A stretch of DNA of 55,310 nucleotides, taken from the IMG/VR virus record IMGVR_UViG_3300031839_002055, positions 1 to 55,310 of that record; one strand, given 5' to 3'. Origin of the DNA: a virus. Its lineage: Duplodnaviria; Caudoviricetes. Below, piece after piece: positions 44,986-52,726 of this stretch; position 1 is the first letter of the stretch; each line of letters opens with the position of its first letter. The notes beneath the pieces were generated by a model. The model was given only the letters and a program-made list of their open reading frames with translations. It was not told where the DNA came from and made no database searches. Position numbers and translations under genes: made by a program.

Positions 44986-45818
44986 GCACTGAACTGCAAA
45001 ACCCATTCGCGCCCAAGGGCATGGCGGCGCACGTCAACCATGGCACGGTCAACATCGAGCAGAGCCGAGCAGTCACCGAGGCACAGGGCAAGCTGTTGCT
45101 GGCCAAGCGCTTCCCGCGTGACGAGGCGCTGGCGTACAGCAAGATTATGTCGTCGTGCAGCCGGCCTACCCTGGCAGCGTCCGGCGAGTACGCATACCCG
45201 CGTGGTGGCCAGACTGTTTCTGGTCCATCCATTCGCCTTGCCGAGGAACTGGCCCGCTGCTGGGGAAACATCGAATACGGCGTGCGCGAGCTGAGCCGAC
45301 AAGAAGGCAACAGCGAAATGGAGGCCTACGCCTGGGACCTGGAGACGAACACCTATTCGTCGCAGAAGTTCACCGTGCGTCACCTGCGCGACAAGAAAGG
45401 CGGCGCTCAAGTGCTGACCGAGGAACGCGACATCTACGAGATCACTGCAAACATGGGAGGCCGCCGCCTGCGCGCCCGCCTGCTGGCCATCCTGCCGCCC
45501 GATCTGGTGGAGGCTGCCGTGAACCAGTGCCGCAAAACGCTGGCCGGCGATACCAGCCTGCCACTGGCTGATCGTGTTCGCGCTCTGGTCGATGCGTTCG
45601 CACAGCAAGGCGTCACCGAAAAGCACCTGCGCGCCTACCTGAACAAGAGCCTAGACGAGATCCTGCCCGAGGAAATCGCTACGTTGCGCGGCGTTTACAA
45701 CAGCATCAAGAACGGCCAGGCCGGCGTTGCCGACTTCTTCTCGGTCAAGGCAACCGAAGGCCAGTCCGCCGAACTCAACCAGGCGCTTAACTCTGCCGCA
45801 AAGGCTGAGCCCGCCTAA
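44982..45818 (+). CDS. Putative single-strand annealing recombinase (not classical RecT)
   Basis: Between exonuclease and ssb; AKRFPRD, GPSIRLAE..WGN. Confidence 0.6.
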   Translation: MSTELQNPFAPKGMAAHVNHGTVNIEQSRAVTEAQGKLLLAKRFPRDEALAYSKIMSSCSRPTLAASGEYAYPRGGQTVSGPSIRLAEELARCWGNIEYGVRELSRQEGNSEMEAYAWDLETNTYSSQKFTVRHLRDKKGGAQVLTEERDIYEITANMGGRRLRARLLAILPPDLVEAAVNQCRKTLAGDTSLPLADRVRALVDAFAQQGVTEKHLRAYLNKSLDEILPEEIATLRGVYNSIKNGQAGVADFFSVKATEGQSAELNQALNSAAKAEPA

Positions 45819-45939
45819 GCCCCCCGCCACCACGACACGGGGCGCCACCGGCAACGCATGATGCGGCGCCGGATAACGAGCTGGACTGGCCCGCCGCGGC
45901 GATCAGGGCCTACTAATTCAAACCCCTGGAGACACCTGC

Positions 45940-46425
45940 ATGAGTAACCTCAACCGCTGGGAAGGCATTGGCCGCCTGGGTCAAGACATTGAAATGCGCT
46001 ACATGCCGAACGGCAACGCCGTGGCGAATTTCAGCATCGCCGTCGACGACAGCTACAAGGACAAGCAGACCGGGCAGAAGGTCGAGCAAACCGAGTGGGT
46101 GCGCTGCGTAGCCTTCGGCAAGACCGCTGAGTTCCTTGGCGAGTGGCTGCACAAGGGCAAGCGCATTCTGGTCTGCGGCAAGATGAAGACGCGCGAGTAC
46201 GAGAAGGACGGGATCAAGCGGTACGCGACAGAGATTCATGTCGGCCAGGGCACCGAAATCATCGACTGGCCGGAGAAGGATGCGGCGCGGCAGCAGCCGG
46301 CACCACGCCAGCAAGCCCAGCAGCAACCAGCCGCACGCCAGCAACCGGCGCCGGACTACGACAGCTTCGACGACGACATCCCCTTTGCCGATCCCTACCG
46401 CGGCGCCCGCTCGCTGCTGATCTGA
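45940..46425 (+). CDS. ssb: Single-stranded DNA-binding protein
   Basis: GRLGQD, TEWVR, DDDIPF. Confidence 0.95.
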   Translation: MSNLNRWEGIGRLGQDIEMRYMPNGNAVANFSIAVDDSYKDKQTGQKVEQTEWVRCVAFGKTAEFLGEWLHKGKRILVCGKMKTREYEKDGIKRYATEIHVGQGTEIIDWPEKDAARQQPAPRQQAQQQPAARQQPAPDYDSFDDDIPFADPYRGARSLLI

Positions 46426-46469
46426 TCCACCCCGGGCGCCCAGCGCGCCCTCCTCCCCGGTACACACCC

Positions 46470-46697
46470 ATGACATTTTGCAACCTAACCCCAGCGGGCC
46501 GGGCGGCTGATGCTGCCTGGCTTTCACGACTCGTCGCCGAATCAGGCGTACCCATCCAGCAGGTCGAAGGCTTCCGCGAAGTGAAACCCATTGAGCGCAA
46601 GCGCTGGCACGACCAGACGACCGTACTCAAGCGCCGCCGCGATCCGAAGCGTGAGTTGGCGGCATTCGCCCGCAAGGCACTGGAGCAGATGGCATGA
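46470..46697 (+). CDS. Hypothetical protein
   Basis: Operon context; ATGA coupling. Confidence 0.5.
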   Translation: MTFCNLTPAGRAADAAWLSRLVAESGVPIQQVEGFREVKPIERKRWHDQTTVLKRRRDPKRELAAFARKALEQMA

Positions 46698-46849
46698 GAT
46701 TCCCCGACGTGCTCGACGCCATCCGCCACGCGGCGTACCGGGCGGAAATCACTGGCAAGCCGTGGGGCGTCTACGCGCTTGCCCAATACATCGCGGCGCC
46801 GCTCGGTGACCTGAGCGACGCGGCACTGCTGGAGGTGTGCCAGCCATGA
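46694..46849 (+). CDS. Hypothetical protein (51 aa)
   Basis: MRFPDVLDAI..; ATGA-coupled at both ends; below the ORF-track cutoff. Confidence 0.5.
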   Translation: MRFPDVLDAIRHAAYRAEITGKPWGVYALAQYIAAPLGDLSDAALLEVCQP

Positions 46850-47124
46850 GCTGCATCGTGACCCTCTTTTCCAGAGATAACCGAGTGTCGCGGCCGGTAG
46901 TGCGCGGCACGGAGCCACGCAAGCCTACCGACTGGCAGGCCAGCGCCTGGTTCGTGCTGCCGAACGGCGAGAAGCACACGCACAGCGCGACGGCACGCGG
47001 CGAAACAGTCACCGGCCTCGTCGCCTACATGGGCGCCCTGATCGACAGCCTGATAGCTGACCACGGCAACCAGGTAGCCAGCGCCGGCTGGACGGCCACG
47101 ACGCACGGGAGGCGGAAGAAATGA
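46846..47124 (+). CDS. Hypothetical protein
   Basis: ATGA coupling. Confidence 0.55.
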   Translation: MSCIVTLFSRDNRVSRPVVRGTEPRKPTDWQASAWFVLPNGEKHTHSATARGETVTGLVAYMGALIDSLIADHGNQVASAGWTATTHGRRKK

Positions 47125-48767
47125 CAGCAGTAGCCAAACACCTGGACGGTGAGCTGGTCGAGGACGTTTCGGAGTTCTTCGCCCCAATGTCTGCCGATCT
47201 GGTAGACGGCCTGATCGGCCAATACAACGCATCACGCGGCAACATCGAGGCGCTGGCTGCCGCCGTGCGCGATGGCCAGAACGCATCAGCCCTGCACTAC
47301 TTCGTCGAAGGCAACGTGCGGGAGCAGCGGCACAGTATGCCTACCACGGTCGAGGCGCTGTTTCGCGTCGAAGGCGCCATTGCCCAGCTCAACGCCGACT
47401 TCTGGAGCCGCGCACTGCGCATGACCGACGTGATGGACTACATGCCGCAGAAGCGCCGCGAAGAGTGGTACGAGCAAATCCGCAATCCCGAGGGACGCAA
47501 GGCCAGCAAGTACAGCGGAGAGACAGAGCTTCCGGCCCTCCCTGAGTTCGAGGAGGCGACGGTTCGGTCAACGCTGACCAGCTTACTGCACAGCCGTTCG
47601 CAATTCCTGGCAGAGCGCGTAGACGGAATCTTCCGAGCCCTGAGCAGGCAGCACGTCACAAACCAGCCGCAGGGATTCGGCAAGAGGATGATCATCCAGG
47701 GCGTGTTCAGCTACGGGACGGCCGGGCACATAAACGACCTGCGCTGCGTGATCGCCAAGTTCATGGGGCGCGACGAGCCAAAGCATGGCTCTACCGATCC
47801 CGTCATCAAGGCGGCGAGTCGGCAAAATGGCCAGTGGATGGCGGTTGACGGCGGCGCGCTGAGGATTCGCGTATACGGCGGCGTGGCCACGGCTCACCTT
47901 GAAGTTCACCCGGACATGGCGTGGCGGCTCAACGCTATCCTGGCGAACCTGCACCCGACAGCTATACCGGCTGAGCTAAGAACAAAGCCGAAGCGCACCA
48001 AGAAGCTCAAGGACTTCGAGCTGTTCGACAGGCCGCTGCCGTTCGCCGTGGTTGACCTGCTCGCCGGGATGCGCCAAGTCAGCGAAAAGCTGGACGGCTG
48101 GCCAGAGCGCTACAAGGAAGTGCCGAACGCGATGCGCTTCGACTACGGGCAGCATGACAAGGCGGCTATGGCAGAAGCTGAGAAGGTGTTGCAGGCGCTG
48201 GGCGCGGCCAAGGCCAGCCACTACTGGCAGTTTGATTACAACCCGGTCGAGGTGCTGGACGCCGTAGTGTGCTCTGGCTGCATCCCTGACCAGAAGTCTC
48301 ACCAGTTCTACCCGACCCCGGAGAGTATCGCGCTGGCGGCGGTTGAGCTGGCTCAGATCGAACCGCACCACGGCGTGCTTGAGCCGAGCGCAGGCCAGGG
48401 TGGCATTGCCGATCATCTGCCACAGCTGCAAACGACCTGCGTCGAGATCAGCCCTCTGCACTGCGAGATCCTGCGAGCCAAGGGGCACAGCGTCATTGAG
48501 GCGGACTTTCTGAAGTGGGCACCAGGCCAGCCCAAGGCCGACCGGATCGTGATGAACCCGCCATTCAGCGAAGGCCGCTGGCAGGCGCACCTAGAGGCAG
48601 CTGCTGCGCTGCTCAAACCGGACGGACGCCTTGTGGCAATCCTGCCGGCCAGCGCCAAAGGCAAGGATCTGCTGCCGGGCTTCGCGCACGACTATTCACG
48701 CATCTACTACAACGAGTTCGCCGGCACGAGCACTGCCGTCGTGATCCTGACTGCTACCCACAAATGA
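47121..48767 (+). CDS. DUF4942-like protein with C-terminal amino-DNA methyltransferase
   Basis: QFYPTP, LEPSAGQG, MNPPF. Confidence 0.85.
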   Translation: MTAVAKHLDGELVEDVSEFFAPMSADLVDGLIGQYNASRGNIEALAAAVRDGQNASALHYFVEGNVREQRHSMPTTVEALFRVEGAIAQLNADFWSRALRMTDVMDYMPQKRREEWYEQIRNPEGRKASKYSGETELPALPEFEEATVRSTLTSLLHSRSQFLAERVDGIFRALSRQHVTNQPQGFGKRMIIQGVFSYGTAGHINDLRCVIAKFMGRDEPKHGSTDPVIKAASRQNGQWMAVDGGALRIRVYGGVATAHLEVHPDMAWRLNAILANLHPTAIPAELRTKPKRTKKLKDFELFDRPLPFAVVDLLAGMRQVSEKLDGWPERYKEVPNAMRFDYGQHDKAAMAEAEKVLQALGAAKASHYWQFDYNPVEVLDAVVCSGCIPDQKSHQFYPTPESIALAAVELAQIEPHHGVLEPSAGQGGIADHLPQLQTTCVEISPLHCEILRAKGHSVIEADFLKWAPGQPKADRIVMNPPFSEGRWQAHLEAAAALLKPDGRLVAILPASAKGKDLLPGFAHDYSRIYYNEFAGTSTAVVILTATHK

Positions 48768-48846
48768 ACGCACCCATCTTCTGCCGCACGGACGGCAAGC
48801 GGATCGGCCAATGCGCCTGCTTCCGCTGCCGCCCACCGGAGGCCCC

Positions 48847-49005
48847 ATGCGACCCAAGACCCAAATCTGGCTGCACAAGCCGACCAACACCCGCCACTAC
48901 ATTGCCGGATCGAACGGTGCCGCGTTCCTGATGCAGGCGCTGAGCGGCTTCCGATGGGCACCCGAGGCGGAACTCTGCAATCACGACATCTGGAGCAAGG
49001 TATGA
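48847..49005 (+). CDS. Hypothetical protein
   Basis: GGAGG RBS; ATGA-coupled. Confidence 0.45.
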   Translation: MRPKTQIWLHKPTNTRHYIAGSNGAAFLMQALSGFRWAPEAELCNHDIWSKV

Positions 49006-49976
49006 ACGACACACTGAAGGTAGCCGGGCGAATCGGCGCTGAGCTGGGGGCTGCGAAGGCGGAGAACGATAGGCTGCGCGGGTTGCTGGCCGAGGTCGTC
49101 AACTATCTGAACGGCAGTAAGCTAAACCGGATTGAGAGCGGCTCGATATTGCACCGCAAGCTGTTTGACGCCCTATCCCAGCAGCCCGAGCCCACCGACA
49201 CCTTCACCGCCGTCGACATGGCCACAGCCGCAGCGCAGGGGTTCAGGGATGGGCAGGCGGCAGTAGAGCAAGCCCCGGCGCAGGATGAGCGGCATAGCGG
49301 GCCTGCACGCTACATAGTAGCTCCGACAGGAAGAGGGTTCTGGCCTTTCTGTGTGCGTTCCGGCGATGGCACCCGCGAACTTTTCGTCGGTCATCGCAAA
49401 GAGTGTGAGCGTGTAGCAGCCGAATTAGCGGTCGCCTTCGAAGACGGGAAATTCGTCGCCACCCGCCCCGCGCAGACCGAGCAGCATCCGGTGGCGCATC
49501 GCCTAGTTAACGCTGAAGGCGAGGTAATGACCGACTGGCACGACGGCGCGCCCCCGGACAATTTCATAGATCTCTGTGGAGTCGCAATGGCCGGCACTCG
49601 TGTTGAGCTGGCATTCGCCGCCCCCGTCGCGCAGACCGCCCCGCAGCCGGAGCAGAGCTGGCGAGAAACGATGACAGTTCCCAAGCAGGTCATCGTCTTC
49701 GCGCATCAGCTGGCGGAAATGGTTGTGCAGGACGAAGCACCGCGGACCCGCCGACGGACAGCGCTGGCGTTGATCGCCGCCCTGTCCGCCCGAGACACCA
49801 GCAAGTTCGAAATCGGTGACCGCGTGAAGAAGACCAGTGGCAGTGAGTGGGTCGGCCACGTCTGCGGCACTTACTCCACTGCACTGACCCCGGAAGGCTA
49901 CGCCGTAGAGAGCGAGGCCCACGCCGGCAGCGTGCAGATTTACCCCGCCAAGGCGCTGGAGGCAGTAGATGACTGA
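49002..49976 (+). CDS. Mosaic phage protein with C-terminal DfrB/R67-type dihydrofolate reductase domain
   Basis: C-terminus [33 protein letters not shown] closely matches the R67 DHFR core. Confidence 0.85.
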   Translation: MNDTLKVAGRIGAELGAAKAENDRLRGLLAEVVNYLNGSKLNRIESGSILHRKLFDALSQQPEPTDTFTAVDMATAAAQGFRDGQAAVEQAPAQDERHSGPARYIVAPTGRGFWPFCVRSGDGTRELFVGHRKECERVAAELAVAFEDGKFVATRPAQTEQHPVAHRLVNAEGEVMTDWHDGAPPDNFIDLCGVAMAGTRVELAFAAPVAQTAPQPEQSWRETMTVPKQVIVFAHQLAEMVVQDEAPRTRRRTALALIAALSARDTSKFEIGDRVKKTSGSEWVGHVCGTYSTALTPEGYAVESEAHAGSVQIYPAKALEAVDD

Positions 49977-50166
49977 ATCCAGCCTCAGGCCCGGCGACGT
50001 GATCCGCACGCGGCGCGTTGCTCTCGGTATCACCCAGGACGCGCTGGCAGAACAGGTAGGCGTCAACAAGGCGACAATCTCTCGCATTGAGCGCGGCTAC
50101 GACGGCGGATGGATGAACATAGTGGCGCTACTGCAGGCAGTCGGCGCGGAGGTGATTGTGAGATGA
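49969..50166 (+). CDS. XRE-family HTH protein
   Basis: [24 protein letters not shown]. Confidence 0.85.
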   Translation: MTESSLRPGDVIRTRRVALGITQDALAEQVGVNKATISRIERGYDGGWMNIVALLQAVGAEVIVR

Positions 50167-50780
50167 GCGAAGAACTGAAGCCGTGCCCGTTTTGTGGGAG
50201 TTCTAAGATAAGCTTTTCCTCGCACCAGATCGGCATTGCCGTCGGGTGCGACTCATGTGGCGCAGTGTCGGAGATCCAAGGCTCTAAGGAGCAGTGCGCA
50301 GAAGCCTGGAACCGCCGCGCCAAGCCCGCAGAGGCGGAAGGGGCAGTCGAGATGGGCAGCGATGCGTGGATGGCCCTGCACCTTCTGGACCGGCTCGACG
50401 TGAGCGCAGATGAAGAGCCACGCGTGCAGCAGGTCGAAGAGATCGTTCGCCGCATGGGTGCCGCCCTGTCAGCCGTGACCGCCGAGCGGGATAGGCTGCA
50501 ACAGTTCGAGGCCGCATACAACGAATGGCACGACAAGACAGAGTGGGTGCAGAAAACCGCAGAGGCGCACGATCTAGGGAAGCACCGCGCCGACGTGCTC
50601 AAGGAGCGGGTTGACAAGATTCAAGCCGAGGTCGATGGGCTGCGGGAGGCCGAGTCTCTGCTTCTGAGTGTGTGCGATGACCTGATGCGCCATGAGAACG
50701 CAGACGTTCGCATGGTTACCTGCATTGAGCTGAACAACTGGCTGACGAAGCGCGCCGCCATGGCTGCGAAGGAGGCGTGA
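50163..50780 (+). CDS. Lar-like zinc finger fused to a coiled coil
   Basis: ELKPCPFCG..CDSCGA..AWNRRA. Confidence 0.7.
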   Translation: MSEELKPCPFCGSSKISFSSHQIGIAVGCDSCGAVSEIQGSKEQCAEAWNRRAKPAEAEGAVEMGSDAWMALHLLDRLDVSADEEPRVQQVEEIVRRMGAALSAVTAERDRLQQFEAAYNEWHDKTEWVQKTAEAHDLGKHRADVLKERVDKIQAEVDGLREAESLLLSVCDDLMRHENADVRMVTCIELNNWLTKRAAMAAKEA

Positions 50781-50781
50781 T

Positions 50782-51009
50782 ATGTCGTTCGAATTCGATA
50801 GAGATATCAGCGACTCGGCAAAGGCGTGGATGAAGCTTCTCGGAAACTTCGGTCCTACAGTTCGAGCCGAAAGCAGAGAGATGAAGGGCGTGACCGTCGA
50901 TGACGATGGCGATCACGTCAAGACCTACTATGACAGCGGCGAGCTGCGCGAACTGGCCCAAGCCTGCATTGAGGTTGCCGACTGGCTTGATCGTCGAGCC
51001 GGCGCCTAA
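50782..51009 (+). CDS. Hypothetical protein
   Basis: AGGAGG RBS. Confidence 0.55.
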   Translation: MSFEFDRDISDSAKAWMKLLGNFGPTVRAESREMKGVTVDDDGDHVKTYYDSGELRELAQACIEVADWLDRRAGA

Positions 51010-51071
51010 CCACCTAACCCCACCCAAACACAAAGCCTGCCGGCGAGAGTCGGCGGGGAGGATTTGCACGC

Positions 51072-51224
51072 ATGTCAAACGCATGGCTGAACATCCGATT
51101 CGGAAACTACCACCTAATCCTTGGCGAGAACGGATTCTTCTCGGCGCGCTGGTCGCGCAACGACTACCACAAAGACAACCCGGTTCGCTTCGAGATCTAC
51201 ACGCTCAAGCCCTTCGTGCGCTAA
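51072..51224 (+). CDS. Hypothetical protein (50 aa)
   Basis: GGAGG RBS; MSNAWLNIRFG. Confidence 0.4.
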   Translation: MSNAWLNIRFGNYHLILGENGFFSARWSRNDYHKDNPVRFEIYTLKPFVR

Positions 51225-51248
51225 CCCCACACGCAGCAGGAGATAGAC

Positions 51249-51503
51249 ATGCAGCGCACAGACAAGGCGATAGCAGAGTTCGAGGCGTGGTGGGATAGGC
51301 AGCCTCACCGCGAGCAGTTCGAGGATTTGAAGCAGCAGTTCTGCAACGTGGCGGTGGCGTTCTACCAGAAGGGGCGGGAAGGCGTCGTGGTTGAGCTGCC
51401 GTCAGCCGAAGACTATGCCGCGGCAAATGAACTGTCATACAGCGAAGGAATTGCTGACTGCCGCGCCGCAATCGAAGCAGCCGGCGTAACGGTGAGGGGG
51501 TGA
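51249..51503 (+). CDS. Hypothetical protein
   Basis: EFEAWW, VVVELP, AIEAAGVTV. Confidence 0.6.
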   Translation: MQRTDKAIAEFEAWWDRQPHREQFEDLKQQFCNVAVAFYQKGREGVVVELPSAEDYAAANELSYSEGIADCRAAIEAAGVTVRG

Positions 51504-51506
51504 GGG

Positions 51507-51707
51507 ATGTTCATGACACCGCAAGAAGTGGCGGACCTGACCGGCTACCAGAAGCCAAGCAAGCAGATCGCATGGCTCACTGCTGAGCGGTTCGGGTTCG
51601 TGGTGGGCGGCGACGGGCATCCCAAGGTGCTGCGTGACGTTGTATTGTCTCGCCTTGGAGCCGTCAAATCATCTAAAAAGGAGCCGCAGCTTAGGCTGAC
51701 CGGCTAA
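51507..51707 (+). CDS. DUF4224-like excisionase
   Basis: EVADLTGYQKPSKQIAWL; directly upstream of int. Confidence 0.75.
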   Translation: MFMTPQEVADLTGYQKPSKQIAWLTAERFGFVVGGDGHPKVLRDVVLSRLGAVKSSKKEPQLRLTG

Positions 51708-51717
51708 GGACACGAGC

Positions 51718-52692
51718 ATGCGCCCGAGGAAGAAGGACCGGCATCTGCCGGCGTGCATGTACCCGAAGCACGGAGCGTACTATCTGGTGCGCAATGGGAA
51801 GTGGGAGCGACTGAGCGCGGATCTGCAGGAGGCCCTGCTGATCTACGCCAAGCGCATCGCGGCAGGGAAGCAGGGCGGCATGCCGGGCCTCATTGATCGA
51901 GCGCTGGCCCATCACCGCAAGAAGATCAGCGAGAACACCGCCAAGCAGTACGAGGCAGCGGCCGAGAAGCTGAAGACGATCTTCGCCGAGTTCGAGCCGC
52001 ATCAGGTGCTGCCAAAGCACGTCGCCGCGGTGAAGATGGAGCTGGCCGACACGCCGAACATGTGTAACCGGATCCTGTCGTTCCTGCGCATCGTGTTCGG
52101 CTACGCGCTCGAGTGGCAAGAGGTCGACTCAAATCCGTGCATTGGCATCACGCGTCATGCTGAGGGCCGGCGCGATCGTTACATCACTGATGCTGAGTTC
52201 TCAGCGCTGCTCAACGCAGCAAGCCCCTACATTCGATCCATCCTCGAGATGTGCTACCTGACCGGCCAGCGCATCGGGGACGTGATCGCTATCCGCCTGG
52301 CGGACATTAGCGACGAGGGTGTTTCTTTCGTGCAGGAGAAGACAGGCGCAAAGCTGATCGTCGCAATGACGCCAGACCTGCAGGCCGTCATCGACCGCGC
52401 CAAGGCGCTTCCGCGCAAGGTTCGCACTTTGACCCTGTTCTGCTCGCGCACCGGGAAACCGGTCAGCTACGAGACGGTGAAGGAAGCGTTTCAGGCGCTG
52501 CGCGAGAAGACCGGCATCCATGACGTGAAGATTCACGACATCCGAGCCAAGTCGCTCACCGATGCCGATCGGGAAGGCAAGAATGCGCAGACGCTCGGCG
52601 GCCACACGGACGCCAGGATGACTGCCCGGTACCTGCGCGGCCGGTTGCCGAAGATCGCCCAGGCGCCGACAATGCCGTCCCGGATCGGCTGA
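51718..52692 (+). CDS. int: Tyrosine integrase
   Basis: Catalytic R (TGQR), K (QEKT), HDIR, GGH and Y (ARY) all intact. Confidence 0.95.
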   Translation: MRPRKKDRHLPACMYPKHGAYYLVRNGKWERLSADLQEALLIYAKRIAAGKQGGMPGLIDRALAHHRKKISENTAKQYEAAAEKLKTIFAEFEPHQVLPKHVAAVKMELADTPNMCNRILSFLRIVFGYALEWQEVDSNPCIGITRHAEGRRDRYITDAEFSALLNAASPYIRSILEMCYLTGQRIGDVIAIRLADISDEGVSFVQEKTGAKLIVAMTPDLQAVIDRAKALPRKVRTLTLFCSRTGKPVSYETVKEAFQALREKTGIHDVKIHDIRAKSLTDADREGKNAQTLGGHTDARMTARYLRGRLPKIAQAPTMPSRIG

Positions 52693-52726
52693 AGTATTAG
52701 ACAGAATCGATGAGTATTAGACAGAA
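52693..52726 (+). repeat. Tandem AGTATTAGACAGAA repeats (putative Int arm sites) flanking the new mutS ATG
   Basis: 14-mers at 52693..52706 and 52713..52726, 20-bp period. Confidence 0.8.
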
